Positions 18,611 through 28,352 of a stretch of 64,000 nucleotides of DNA are shown here, piece by piece. The DNA comes from a bacterium. GTDB lineage: Bacteria; Joyebacterota; Joyebacteria; Joyebacterales; Joyebacteraceae. The position numbers and the translations under genes are program-made. Where the stretch lies: positions 3,308-67,307 of the forward strand of contig JALGZK010000017.1 in assembly GCA_025774935.1 (NCBI GenBank), read 5' to 3'. Positions within the stretch are counted from its first letter, which is position 1. The number at the start of each line of letters is the position of its first letter. A model generated the notes under the pieces. It was given only the letters and a program-made list of their open reading frames with translations. It was not told where the DNA came from and did no database searches.

Positions 18611-19111
18611 ATGGCCGGTTCGAAACCCGACGAGTTCAAGCCCAGAGTCATCGTCTTCTGCTGCAACTGGTGCGCGTACGCGGGCGCCGACCTGGCGGGG
18701 GTGTCGAGGATGAAGATCAGCCCTCACTTCCGCGTGGTCAGGACGATGTGCTCCGGCAGGGTCGACCCCGAGCTCATCCTCCAGGCGTTCGTGAACGGAG
18801 CGGACGGCGTCATGGTGGCCGGCTGCCACCCGGGGGACTGCCACTATCTCGAGGGGAACTACAGGGCCATGCGGCGGGTGGCGTTCCTGAAGAAGCTCCT
18901 CGAGTCGATGGGGATGGACCCCCGGCGGCTCGAGCTTCAGTGGGTCTCCGCCGGCGAGGGAGCGAGGTTCCAGGAGGTGGTGAACGAGTTCGTCGGGACC
19001 GTGAAGAGCCTCGGACCCAACCCCCACGGACCCGCGGACGAGGAGCCGGCTCCGAACCCCGAGACCGCGGGGAGTCCGGAAGCGACCGAACGGGAGCGCG
19101 CGAGCGTCTGA
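18611..19111 (+). CDS. mvhD: MvhD/FlpD-family [2Fe-2S] subunit (HdrA partner), cysteine form
   Basis: FCCNWCAYAGADLAG, MCSGRVDP, GCHPGDCHY, WVSAGEG; GAGGAG RBS before ATG 18611. Confidence 0.93.
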   Translation: MAGSKPDEFKPRVIVFCCNWCAYAGADLAGVSRMKISPHFRVVRTMCSGRVDPELILQAFVNGADGVMVAGCHPGDCHYLEGNYRAMRRVAFLKKLLESMGMDPRRLELQWVSAGEGARFQEVVNEFVGTVKSLGPNPHGPADEEPAPNPETAGSPEATERERASV

Positions 19112-19154
19112 CGCGGGTAGACGGTCGCCGCCGCGCACACAAGCGATACGCAGA

Positions 19155-19186
19155 CGGGGGGAACCGATCCGGCTCCCCCCGCTTTC
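19155..19186. terminator. Hairpin between convergent mvhD and thiolase genes
   Basis: CGGGGGGA-ACCG...CGGC-TCCCCCCG followed by CTTTC. Confidence 0.6.
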
Positions 19187-19228
19187 ATCTGTTCCGCCGC
19201 CACGGGCGAGGCCCGGGACGCGGAGTCG

Positions 19229-20476
19229 CTACTGGACCTTCCTGAAGACGCACGACACGACGGTGCGGTCGTTCCCACCCATCGAGATCATGAGGCCGTA
19301 CGGCTTCGAGGAGTCGATCTCGATCGACTGCCCGTCGGGCTTCCCCGTGAACTGCATCGCGATGTCGGCCGCCTGCCGGACTCCCGTCCCGCCGGTGTAG
19401 TGGCCGTACCCGATGAGTCCGCCGGAGAGGTTCGTCGGAACCTCGCCGTCCGGCGCCGTCTTTCCTGCCGCCACGAAGTCGGGCGACTCGCCGTAGCCGC
19501 AGAACCCGGCCGCCTCGAGCGAGAGCATCCCGCCGATCGTGAAACAGTCGTGGACCTCGAGCATGCCGATGTCCTTCGGAGTCACGCCCGCCATCTCCAT
19601 CGCGTTCGCCACCGCGCGCGCCGACGTCGTGAGCTTCGTCTGGTCCTCGGGGTCCTTCGAGATGTCAGCGACCACCTGCCCGTACCCGACGAGCTCGACG
19701 GCGTCCTTCCTGTCGACTCCGAGCCTGTCGAGCCCCTCCTCCGAAGCGAAGATCACAGCCGACGCGCCGTCGGATACCTTCGAGCAGTCGTAGACGTTGA
19801 TGTGTCCGCAGAACGCGTTCGCGTTGCACGGCGTCATGCCGGCCGCGTAGAGGTCCTCGATCGAGTTGTGGTACTCCTGTGCCTTCGGGCACTGCCGGGC
19901 GTTCAGGACCGCCCGTTCGTACCATCTCGCCATGGCCTCGCGCGTCCGCTCGGCGCCGAACTTCTCGCTCGCCGCGCAGGCGCGGTCCGAGAACTTCGCC
20001 GGGAAGAAGTAGGCGTGCCCGGACTTCCTCTGGGTCACGTAGTGTCCCGCGCCCGCCAGGATGTCCGCTCCGTAGACCGCCTTGACCGTGTTCTGGACCT
20101 CGAACCCGACGGCGAGAACGCTGTCAGCCATCCCCGAAAGCACCGTCTTCGCCGCGGTCACGAGCCCCAGGCCTCCCGATCCGCACGCGCCCTCGACCCG
20201 GACGAGCGGCTTGTACTCGAGCGAGGGGTCGATCATCGGCATCACGGCCGCGAGGTTCCCCTGCTTGTTGAACCGCGCCGCCATGAAGTTCGAGACCACG
20301 CCCTCGTCGATGTTCGCCGCGTCGTTGACCTGAGCGATCGCCCCCTGCCCCGCTTCCTTGATGTAGTGCTCGATGCCCGGACGCGGCTTCTTCGGATGGA
20401 ACTCCTTCCGTCCCGTGCCGAGGGAGATCGTGTTGTAGCCTGCCGTCACGTAGACGGGCTTCGTGAGATTCTTCAT
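19229..20476 (-). CDS. Thiolase (SCP2/archaeal-like acetyl-CoA C-acyltransferase)
   Basis: VEGACGSGG, EVHDCF, NLSGGLIGYGH. Confidence 0.88.
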   Translation of the reverse strand: MKNLTKPVYVTAGYNTISLGTGRKEFHPKKPRPGIEHYIKEAGQGAIAQVNDAANIDEGVVSNFMAARFNKQGNLAAVMPMIDPSLEYKPLVRVEGACGSGGLGLVTAAKTVLSGMADSVLAVGFEVQNTVKAVYGADILAGAGHYVTQRKSGHAYFFPAKFSDRACAASEKFGAERTREAMARWYERAVLNARQCPKAQEYHNSIEDLYAAGMTPCNANAFCGHINVYDCSKVSDGASAVIFASEEGLDRLGVDRKDAVELVGYGQVVADISKDPEDQTKLTTSARAVANAMEMAGVTPKDIGMLEVHDCFTIGGMLSLEAAGFCGYGESPDFVAAGKTAPDGEVPTNLSGGLIGYGHYTGGTGVRQAADIAMQFTGKPDGQSIEIDSSKPYGLMISMGGNDRTVVSCVFRKVQ

Positions 20477-21852
20477 CGCGTCCCTCCCACCTTGTCGGTC
20501 ACGAGCTCCACGTACTCGTTCACGGGCCCGTAGAGATGGTAGAAGCCGTTCGTGAGGACGCCGTTCACGACGTCGGCCGACTCCGCGACGCCGTCGGCGA
20601 CGAGCTTCTCGCCTATCTCCTTCGAGCGCACGAGGTAGGCGCGAGCGAGCCCGGCCCCGAGCGTGTCGGTCGTCGCGAGGTTCCCGAAGTAGGCCGCGAG
20701 CTTGTCGTCCTTCTTCGGGTCCATGAGGAGCGCTCGCCAGGGCGCCAGTCCGTCGGGTGGACCGCCGAGCTTCTCGTCGAGCTTCGACGTCCAGTCGCCG
20801 TCCGCGAAGAGCGCGTAGCCGCCCTTCGAGAGATCGTAGACTCCCGCGGGCCGCCCCTTCTCGTACTTGAGAACCCCGTCCTTCTGCGCGCCCGAGGCAT
20901 ACTGACCGCCGAGGACCCCGCCGTCGGCCATGCGGTCGAGGAGGTCGTCCCTGAGCGTCTCTCCGTCGATGTGCTCGGTCATGACCTTCATGATGAACCG
21001 GCAGACGTCAACGCCGACGTAGTCGACGAGCTGGAAGATGCCCATCGGCCGAACAAGGAGGTCTTGGCTGACCTTGTTCACGACGTAGACGGCCTCGGCC
21101 TCGGACATCGACTCCTCGGCCATGAGCCTCTTGACCTCCGACGTCGCGTGGAGGATGTCGCGCATGAAGTGCCCGTTCCCGATGAAGCCGGCGATGTCGT
21201 TCGCAGGAAAGACCTTCTTCCTGAGACGCTTCGCAAGCTCACGACCCGTCTCCACGGCGTCGGGCTTCGTCGACGATGTAGTGATGAGCTCGAGGAGCCT
21301 CTGGACCGCCGGGGGGTTGTAGAAGTGGTAGCCGACGATGCGACCCCCGAGCCCCACGCCCTCGTCCAGGACCTTGATCGGGATGGACGACGTGTTCGTG
21401 AGGTAGTAGGCGTCCGGGTCGACGAGCTTGTCCAGCTTCGTGAGGACGTCGATCTTGATGCCCTCGTTCTCGATGATCGCCTCGAAGACGAGGCGCGCGC
21501 CCTCCGCCGCCTCGAGCGTCGTGCTCGGCCTCAAGACCGAGAGGGCGTCCTCCACGAACGCGGCGATGACGTCGTAGTTCTCAACGAGGTCGTCGCGGTC
21601 CGCGTAGAGCTCCCTCAGGGGCACGATGCTCTTCTCCGCCGCCTTCGTGAGCTGGGCGCGAAGATAGCCGAGGAGCCCCGTGAGAGCTTCCTCGTTCACG
21701 TCGATCACGTGAAGGACGTATGTCCTGTCCTTGTTCTCCGGCTTGAGTTTCGCTGTGGCCATCTCCTGCGCGAGGAGGAGGGCGATGCCGCTGCCCATCT
21801 TCCCCGCCGCGCCGAGCACGGCCACGTTCTCCAGCCTGGTGTCAAGATCCAC
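20473..21852 (-). CDS. 3-hydroxyacyl-CoA dehydrogenase family protein
   Basis: GAAGKMGSGIA, FEAIIEN, TNTSSIP, HFYNPP. Confidence 0.9.
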   Translation of the reverse strand: MDLDTRLENVAVLGAAGKMGSGIALLLAQEMATAKLKPENKDRTYVLHVIDVNEEALTGLLGYLRAQLTKAAEKSIVPLRELYADRDDLVENYDVIAAFVEDALSVLRPSTTLEAAEGARLVFEAIIENEGIKIDVLTKLDKLVDPDAYYLTNTSSIPIKVLDEGVGLGGRIVGYHFYNPPAVQRLLELITTSSTKPDAVETGRELAKRLRKKVFPANDIAGFIGNGHFMRDILHATSEVKRLMAEESMSEAEAVYVVNKVSQDLLVRPMGIFQLVDYVGVDVCRFIMKVMTEHIDGETLRDDLLDRMADGGVLGGQYASGAQKDGVLKYEKGRPAGVYDLSKGGYALFADGDWTSKLDEKLGGPPDGLAPWRALLMDPKKDDKLAAYFGNLATTDTLGAGLARAYLVRSKEIGEKLVADGVAESADVVNGVLTNGFYHLYGPVNEYVELVTDKVGGTR

Positions 21853-21929
21853 GCGTCGCTCCTTTCACAGGATGCTGGGACACGGTGTCGACTTGCTCCA
21901 TTTCAACTCACACTCGGCCGGGCCAACGA

Positions 21930-22553
21930 TCAGCCCCCGCCGGTCTCTTCTCGTCTCCCCGCCTCGGACGTCGGGGCCTCCGCGCCCTCGAGGGGCTCCT
22001 CCGGGTCGAAGCAGTGTCGGCACCGCGCCTCGTACGCCTCGGACGCGCCGACGACGACCCTCTCTCTCGAGGGGATGATGCGCTGGGTCCGGTTCGCGGG
22101 CTTCCCGCACTGCATGCAGACGGCCAGCGTCTTCGTGAGGTACTCCGCGACCGCGAGGAGTGCGGGCATGGGCTCGAAGGGGCGTCCCAGGTAGTCCTGA
22201 TCGAGCCCGGCGACGATCACGCGAACGCCCGAGTTGGCCAGCGTCTCGCAGACCTCGACGAGATGCGGTCCCATGAACTGCGCCTCGTCGAGCCCGACCA
22301 CCTGGACGTCCGGTCCCACGTAGTCGAGGACCTCTCGCGCGTCGCCGATCCGGATCGACTCGATGCGGCGCTCGTCGTGCGAGACGATGTCCTCCTCGTC
22401 GTACCGGTCGTCGATCCTCGGCTTGAACGCGAGCACCTTCTGCTTCGCTATCTTCGCGCGCCTGAGCCTCCGGATAAGCTCCTCGCTCTTCCCGGAGAAC
22501 ATGCTCCCGCAGATGACCTCGATCCAGCCCGTGTCGTCGTGTCTGTCGGTCAT
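21930..22553 (-). CDS. tdk: Thymidine kinase
   Basis: [26 protein letters not shown]...CRHC. Confidence 0.96.
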   Translation of the reverse strand: MTDRHDDTGWIEVICGSMFSGKSEELIRRLRRAKIAKQKVLAFKPRIDDRYDEEDIVSHDERRIESIRIGDAREVLDYVGPDVQVVGLDEAQFMGPHLVEVCETLANSGVRVIVAGLDQDYLGRPFEPMPALLAVAEYLTKTLAVCMQCGKPANRTQRIIPSRERVVVGASEAYEARCRHCFDPEEPLEGAEAPTSEAGRREETGGG

Positions 22554-22583
22554 GCTCTTCTCCTGGCTTCCCCGCTCTCCCGG

Positions 22584-23378
22584 TCAGAGACGCGGTGCGA
22601 GCGTCACGTCGCCGTGCCAGATCTCGACACGACTCCCTTCCTCCTCGATGACGAGGGCGCCCTCCGGGGACACGTCGACGACACCCCCCGCGTGCCGCTC
22701 TCCGCCGCTGTCGACCTCGATCCGCCGTCCGAGCGTCGCCGAGAGGGAGCGCCAGCGCTCCCGCATCGCCGCGAGACCTCCGTTCAGGTACGAGAGGTAG
22801 TCCTCCTCGAACCTCGTCAGGACGGCGGCGAGCACCGCATCGCGGTCGGCCTCGGCGCCGGTCAGGATCCGGAGCGAGGTCGCGGTCCCCCGGATGTCCA
22901 GCGGGAAGTCGTCCTCCGTCTGGTTGACGTCGATCCCGATCCCGACGACCGCGCTCTCCACCGGGTCCCCCTGAGTCGCCCCCGCTTCGACGAGGACGCC
23001 ACCGAGCTTCCTTCCGCCGGCGACGATGTCGTTCGGCCACTTGACGCCGACGTCGGCACCCGTCGCGCTCCGGAGCGCCTCCGCCACCGAGAGTGCGGTC
23101 ACGATCGACAGGGCGCTGACTCGATCCGCTGGAAGGCCGGGGCTCAGGAGCACGGACGCCCAGACACCCATCCCGGCGGGCGAGTGCCACGAGCGACCCG
23201 CGCGGCCGCGGCCGCCCGTCTGCTCGTCGGAGACGATGACGCTGCCCTCGGGCTCGCCACGGGCGGCGAACTCCCAGCAGACGGCGTTGGTCGAGACGAC
23301 GGAGGAATAGCGGTGGATCCTCCGTCCGACGAACCTCGTCTCCAGCCCGAGGTCGAGTTCCGCGGGCGGCGAGCTCAT
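22584..23378 (-). CDS. birA: Biotin-protein ligase without DNA-binding domain
   Basis: STN, QTGGRGRAGRSW, KWPNDI, KLGGVLVE; ATGA overlap with the upstream gene. Confidence 0.93.
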   Translation of the reverse strand: MSSPPAELDLGLETRFVGRRIHRYSSVVSTNAVCWEFAARGEPEGSVIVSDEQTGGRGRAGRSWHSPAGMGVWASVLLSPGLPADRVSALSIVTALSVAEALRSATGADVGVKWPNDIVAGGRKLGGVLVEAGATQGDPVESAVVGIGIDVNQTEDDFPLDIRGTATSLRILTGAEADRDAVLAAVLTRFEEDYLSYLNGGLAAMRERWRSLSATLGRRIEVDSGGERHAGGVVDVSPEGALVIEEEGSRVEIWHGDVTLAPRL

Positions 23379-24451
23379 CCGCACGAGCTCCGCGCCCTGC
23401 CGGAGAGGCTCCCGACCCGGCTGATCCGCTCTTCGGCGACCGCGCTCGCGGCCTCGGCCGTGCTGATGCCGCGCTCGCGAGAGAGGGCGAAGACCTTCTT
23501 GAGCACCTTGTAGATGTTCTCGGAGCGCCGCTTCGCGCGGTCCTCGCTGAACCCCGCGATCTCCTCCGTCACCGCGATGAGCGCGCCCGAGTTGAACACG
23601 AAGTCGGGCGCGTAGAGGATCCCGCGGTCGATGAGGAGGTTCACGTGTTCGGGCTGGGCGAGCTGGTTGTTCGCGAGTCCCGCGACGATCGCGCACCTCA
23701 GGCGGGGGATCGTCGAGGAGTCGAGGACCTCGCCCACGGCACACGGACTCCAGATGTCGCACTCGACGTCGTAGATCGCATCCGGATCCACGAGCTCGAT
23801 CCCGAGCTCTTCGCGCGCCCGGTCCGCGGCCGGCGCGTCGACGTCGCTCCCCACCACACGCGCGCCCTCCCCCACGAGCTGGCGGGAGAACTCCACGCCC
23901 CCGCGCCCGAGTCCCTGGATAGCGACCGTGAGCCCCGAGAGCACCGGCTCCTTCCCCGCCTCCTCCAGGCACGCCCTGAGCCCGCGGAGTGCCCCGTGCA
24001 CCGTTACCGGCGAGACGTCCCCGCATCCTCCGTACGCCTCGTGGAGGCCGACCACGTGATCAGTCGCCACGCGTATGAGCTGCATGTCCTCGACGTCGGT
24101 CCCGAGACCCTGCGACGTGATGTAGCGCCCGTTCAGGCTCTCGATCTGCCTCCCGAGCGCCCGGAAGAGCGCCTCGCTCTTGTCCGCCGCGGGGTCGCCT
24201 ATGATGACGGCCGAGCCCCCGCCGAAGTTGAGCCCGGCGGCCGCGGCCTTGTAGGTCATCGCGTGTGAGAGCTTGAGGGCGTCCTCGAGCGCGTCGTCCT
24301 CGCGGTCGTACTCCCGCATGCGCGTCCCGCCGATGGCGGGACCGAGGACGGTGCTGTGGATCGCCACGACGCCGCGGAGACCCGCGACCTCGTCGTACGC
24401 GAACGCGACCTGCTCGTGCTCGAACTCCTCGAGAGCCTTGAAGATCTCCAT
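23375..24451 (-). CDS. Leu/Val/Phe dehydrogenase-like protein, copy 1 (catalytic Lys replaced by Ser)
   Basis: HEQV, GPAIGGTRM, MTYKAAAAGLNFGGGSAVI, YAPDFVFNSG. Confidence 0.88.
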   Translation of the reverse strand: MEIFKALEEFEHEQVAFAYDEVAGLRGVVAIHSTVLGPAIGGTRMREYDREDDALEDALKLSHAMTYKAAAAGLNFGGGSAVIIGDPAADKSEALFRALGRQIESLNGRYITSQGLGTDVEDMQLIRVATDHVVGLHEAYGGCGDVSPVTVHGALRGLRACLEEAGKEPVLSGLTVAIQGLGRGGVEFSRQLVGEGARVVGSDVDAPAADRAREELGIELVDPDAIYDVECDIWSPCAVGEVLDSSTIPRLRCAIVAGLANNQLAQPEHVNLLIDRGILYAPDFVFNSGALIAVTEEIAGFSEDRAKRRSENIYKVLKKVFALSRERGISTAEAASAVAEERISRVGSLSGRARSSCG

Positions 24452-24513
24452 CTGCGTCTCCGATCGGCGTGGCGTGTGCTCGCGCGGCCCTAACCGCGCG
24501 ACGCCGCGTGCCG

Positions 24514-25302
24514 CTAGTCCTTCTTCTTCCGCTTCCAGGCGGGGTCCCTCTTCTCGAAGAACGCCGCGATGCCCTCGTGTGCGTCGCCGATCCCGAAGCA
24601 AAGCCCGAAGACCTCTGCCTCGTAGGCGCTGCCGGTCTCGAGGCCGGCGCCCGCGCCCTTGTTCACGCACGCCTTCACGAGCGCGATGGCCGCGGGACCG
24701 TTGGACGCGATCGCCCCCGCCATCTCCTTCGCCGCGTCCACGAGTTCGTCCGGCTCGACGACCCTGTTGACGAGGCCGTACGAGAGAGCGGTGGGCGCGT
24801 CGATCGGCTTGCCAACGAGCAGAAGCTCCTTCGCCCGGCCGAACCCAACGAGCCTCGGGAGACGCTGCGTTCCGGCGAACCCGGGCGTCAACCCGAGCGT
24901 GACCTCCGGCTGCCCCATCTTCGCCTTCGACGAGGCGATCCGGACGTCACACGCCATGGCGATCTCGAGTCCGCCCCCGAGAGCGTATCCGTTGATCGCC
25001 GCGATGACCGGCTTGGACAGGTTCTCGATCGCCGCAAACGCCTTCTGGCCCAGCTTCGACGCCTCCCGCGCCTCCATGCCCCCCATCTCCGAAAGCTCCG
25101 CGATGTCCGCGCCGGCGACGAACGCCTTGCCGGCCCCGGTCAGGACGACGGCGCCAATGTCGTCGTCCTCCTCGATCTCCATCATCGCGTGGATGAGCTC
25201 TCTCATCGTCTCGCCGTTCAGGGCGTTCAGAGCGTCGGGCCTGTTGATGGTCACGACCGCGGTCAGCCCGTCCCTCTCGATGGTGATGTTCTTGAAGGTC
25301 AT
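24514..25302 (-). CDS. crt: Enoyl-CoA hydratase (crotonase)
   Basis: AFVAGADI, ALGGGLEIA, GQPEV..G..PGFAGTQRL. Confidence 0.9.
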   Translation of the reverse strand: MTFKNITIERDGLTAVVTINRPDALNALNGETMRELIHAMMEIEEDDDIGAVVLTGAGKAFVAGADIAELSEMGGMEAREASKLGQKAFAAIENLSKPVIAAINGYALGGGLEIAMACDVRIASSKAKMGQPEVTLGLTPGFAGTQRLPRLVGFGRAKELLLVGKPIDAPTALSYGLVNRVVEPDELVDAAKEMAGAIASNGPAAIALVKACVNKGAGAGLETGSAYEAEVFGLCFGIGDAHEGIAAFFEKRDPAWKRKKKD

Positions 25303-25411
25303 CACTCCTCCTCTTGCAGAAACGGATTCGGTTGCCACAGTGGTATCAGGCATCGGTGTCGCGCCTCAGTTCGGTCTCTTGGTCGCAGGTCCCGGCCCCC
25401 CGGGCCCATCG

Positions 25412-26527
25412 TCACAGCTCGGCGGTCGCCCCCTCGACGGTCTCAGGGTAGTTCTTGGCCTCCTCCTCCCCGCGGAGGACGCGGAGGCAGCCGTGCGCCA
25501 GGGCCTCGAGCTCGTCCTCGCCGGGAACGAGTACCACCTTCCCGATCGACGACACGCGCGCCCGGATGCCCTCGGTGATGCGCTCGGACCTCGCGAGTCC
25601 ACCGGTCAGGACGATCGCGTCGACCTCTCCCTTGAGGACCGTCGCCATCGCCCCGATCTCCTTGGCGATCTGGTAGATCATGGCGTCGAGGACCCGGGCG
25701 GCGCGCTCGTCCCCCTTCGCGGCAAGTTCCTCGACCTCCTTCGCGTCCTTCGTGCCCAGGTAGCCCATGAGCCCGCCCTGCCCCACGAGCTTCTTCATGA
25801 TGACGGACTCGTCATACTCGCCGGAGAAGCACAGCTTGAGGAGATCGACGGTGGGGAGCCCGCCGGCGCGCTCGGGCGTGAAGGGGCCCGCGGAGAGCGC
25901 GTTGCTGACGTCGACCATCCGCCCCTTCCCGATCGCGCAGATGCTGATGCCCCCTCCGAGGTGCGCGACGACGAGGCTCGTCTCGCGGAGCTTCTTGCCG
26001 AGCTGCTTCGCGACGGTCCGCGCGGTGGCCTTGACGTTCAGGGCGTGCACGAGGCTCGTGCGCCGGATCTCCGGCATCCCCGAGTAGCGAGCCACGATGT
26101 CGAGCTCGTCGACGCAGGGCGGGTCGACAATGAACGCATCGATCCCGAAGTCCCACGCAATCCCGTACGCGAGCACCGCGCCCAGGTTCGACGGGTGCTC
26201 CCCCGCGACAGCCTCCCGGGCGTCCGCGATCATCCGCTCGTTGACGCGGTACGTGCCGCTGACGGTCGGGTTGAAGAGACCTCCGCGACCGACCACCGCC
26301 GTCAGCGAGTTCAGCGCGACGTCACTGTCGCCCAGGAACTCGAGGATGAGCGCCTTCCTGTACTCGTACTGGTCCCAGACCGTCGGGAACCGGCCGAGCT
26401 CGAGGACGCTGTGCTCGACGGAGTCCTCGAAACGGCACTCCTCGCCCTCGAAGACGGCGAGCTTCGTCGAGGTCGACCCCGGGTTCAGAACGAGTATGAG
26501 CTCGTTGCCCTTCTTGGATTTGTCCAT
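25412..26527 (-). CDS. buk: Butyrate/branched-chain carboxylate kinase
   Basis: LNPGSTSTKLA, GRGG, HPSNLG, HLGGGIS, GPFTPERAG, PGEDE. Confidence 0.95.
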   Translation of the reverse strand: MDKSKKGNELILVLNPGSTSTKLAVFEGEECRFEDSVEHSVLELGRFPTVWDQYEYRKALILEFLGDSDVALNSLTAVVGRGGLFNPTVSGTYRVNERMIADAREAVAGEHPSNLGAVLAYGIAWDFGIDAFIVDPPCVDELDIVARYSGMPEIRRTSLVHALNVKATARTVAKQLGKKLRETSLVVAHLGGGISICAIGKGRMVDVSNALSAGPFTPERAGGLPTVDLLKLCFSGEYDESVIMKKLVGQGGLMGYLGTKDAKEVEELAAKGDERAARVLDAMIYQIAKEIGAMATVLKGEVDAIVLTGGLARSERITEGIRARVSSIGKVVLVPGEDELEALAHGCLRVLRGEEEAKNYPETVEGATAEL

Positions 26528-26594
26528 CGCGTTTCTCTTCCCGATCCGCGGACCCGGTGGGCCGCAAGGACGGCGCGGCGGCCGCCGTGCCGGA

Positions 26595-27752
26595 TCAGTA
26601 ACCCCTCTCCTTGTAGATCTCGCGCTGAATGAGGAACTTCATGATCTCCGCGGTCCCGCCGCCGATCGTCATGAGGCGGGCGTCGCGGTAGAGCTGCTCC
26701 GCCTTGCTCTCCTTCATGTAGCCGATCCCGCCCAGCACCTGGAGCGCCTCGGAGGCGATCTCCTGGGCGGCGGTGGTCGCGAATAGCTTCGCGGCCGCTC
26801 CCTGCCGGCTCGCGGGCAACCCCTTCTCGATCATGCGGGCCGCCTCGAGCGTGAGGAGTCTGGCCGCGTCGATCCTGACGGCCATGTCGGCGATCTTGAA
26901 GCTCACGCCTTCGAACATGCGGATCTGACGTCCGAACTGCTCGCGCTCGGTCGAGTGCTCGACGGCGAGTTCGAGCGCCGCCCGCGAGTAGCCGACGGCG
27001 CCGGCTGCGAGCGAAGTTCGCTCGGTATCGAGCTCGTCCATGAGGATCGAGAACCCCTTGTTCTCCTCTCCCAGGAGCGCGGACGCCGGGATCCTCGCGT
27101 CCTCGAACTTGAGGTGCGAGACCTTGAGTCCCCGCATCCCCATGAGATCGTAGTCCTTCACGACGCTGAACCCAGGTGTGTCGGTCTCGAAGATGAACGC
27201 GCTCATGCCCTTCCGGGCCTTCACAGAGGTGTCGGTAACCGCGAAGAGGAGGATGTAGTCGGCGAGGCTCCCGTTCGTGATGAAGCGCTTCTCTCCGTTG
27301 ATGACGTACTCGTCCCCGTCGCGCACCGCCTGCGTCTTCATCCCCGCCGTGTCGGACCCGACGTCGGGCTCCGTGATCCCGATCGCTCCGATCCTGCCGC
27401 CAGCGACGATCGACGGGAGGTACTTCCTCCGCTGCTCGTCGTTCCCGAACTTGTTCACGGGCGGCGCGAAGTAGACCGACGTCACGCCGCGAGTCACGTC
27501 GAGCATGGGGCAGACCGCGGAGATCTCCTCCGCTATGATCGTCTCCGCGACCATTCCCTTTCCCGTCCCCCCGTACTCGGCAGGGAGGAGGGCTCCCATG
27601 TAGCCTGCCTCCCCCACCCGCTTGAGGAGCTCGCGCGGGTACTCCCCGCTCTCCTCGATCGCGTCGGCCTCGGGCGCGACCACGATCTCGGCGAACTTCC
27701 TCACTTCTTCCCTGAACGCGTTTTCCTCGTCGGTGTAGAGAACGCTCAGCAT
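26595..27752 (-). CDS. Acyl-CoA dehydrogenase, isovaleryl-CoA dehydrogenase-like
   Basis: TEPDVGSD; LDTER helix-G Glu and IGGGTAEI lacking the C-terminal Glu (IVD pattern); next to MCC genes. Confidence 0.85.
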   Translation of the reverse strand: MLSVLYTDEENAFREEVRKFAEIVVAPEADAIEESGEYPRELLKRVGEAGYMGALLPAEYGGTGKGMVAETIIAEEISAVCPMLDVTRGVTSVYFAPPVNKFGNDEQRRKYLPSIVAGGRIGAIGITEPDVGSDTAGMKTQAVRDGDEYVINGEKRFITNGSLADYILLFAVTDTSVKARKGMSAFIFETDTPGFSVVKDYDLMGMRGLKVSHLKFEDARIPASALLGEENKGFSILMDELDTERTSLAAGAVGYSRAALELAVEHSTEREQFGRQIRMFEGVSFKIADMAVRIDAARLLTLEAARMIEKGLPASRQGAAAKLFATTAAQEIASEALQVLGGIGYMKESKAEQLYRDARLMTIGGGTAEIMKFLIQREIYKERGY

Positions 27753-27776
27753 TGCGCTTCCTTTCGCTCCCGCGCG

Positions 27777-28289
27777 CTATCCGTCCGATTCGTTCGGTTC
27801 GATCTCGATCATAGCTTCCGTCGTGCCGACCGAGTCGCCCGCCGCGACGTTCACCTTCGCGACGACTCCGTCGATCGGGGACCGGACGTCGTGCTCCATC
27901 TTCATCGCCTCGACGATGACAAGGCTCTGACCGGTCGTGACTTGCTCGCCCTCTGAGACGGCGAGCTTGACGACCGCCCCGGGCATCGGGGCCTTGATCC
28001 TCCCGCTCCCGCCGACGGCGCTTCCCGATCCCGCGAACGACTCGTCGTCTCCCGCTCCGGTTTCGAGGACGAAGCTCCGTCCGTCGATCCAGACGGCGAG
28101 GCCGCCGTCGCGGCGCGCGACCCTCGCGGTGTGAGAGCGGCCGTCGACCAGGAGCGAGATCACGCCGCCCTCGGCGCGCTGCCAGTCGACGTCGTACGAT
28201 CGCTCGTCGACGGTGACGTGAGCCTCGGGCTTACGCCCGTCGGTCCTCACCCTGTGCTTCCGCCCGCCGATCAGGAACTCGAAGTCCAC
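27777..28289 (-). CDS. Biotin carboxyl carrier subunit of MCC
   Basis: APMPG...EAMKME. Confidence 0.9.
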   Translation of the reverse strand: MDFEFLIGGRKHRVRTDGRKPEAHVTVDERSYDVDWQRAEGGVISLLVDGRSHTARVARRDGGLAVWIDGRSFVLETGAGDDESFAGSGSAVGGSGRIKAPMPGAVVKLAVSEGEQVTTGQSLVIVEAMKMEHDVRSPIDGVVAKVNVAAGDSVGTTEAMIEIEPNESDG

Positions 28290-28352
28290 GTGGTCTCCCC
28301 GTGTGTCCGCGATGTGTCGGCGTCGCGCGTCGATCGCGCCCCGCCGCTCGGT

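Noticed and set aside
18611..19111. Selenocysteine in MvhD or the HdrA halves
   Set aside because: These ORFs have no in-frame TGA; the usual Sec positions are Cys (CNWC, DCHY, TCAAAC).
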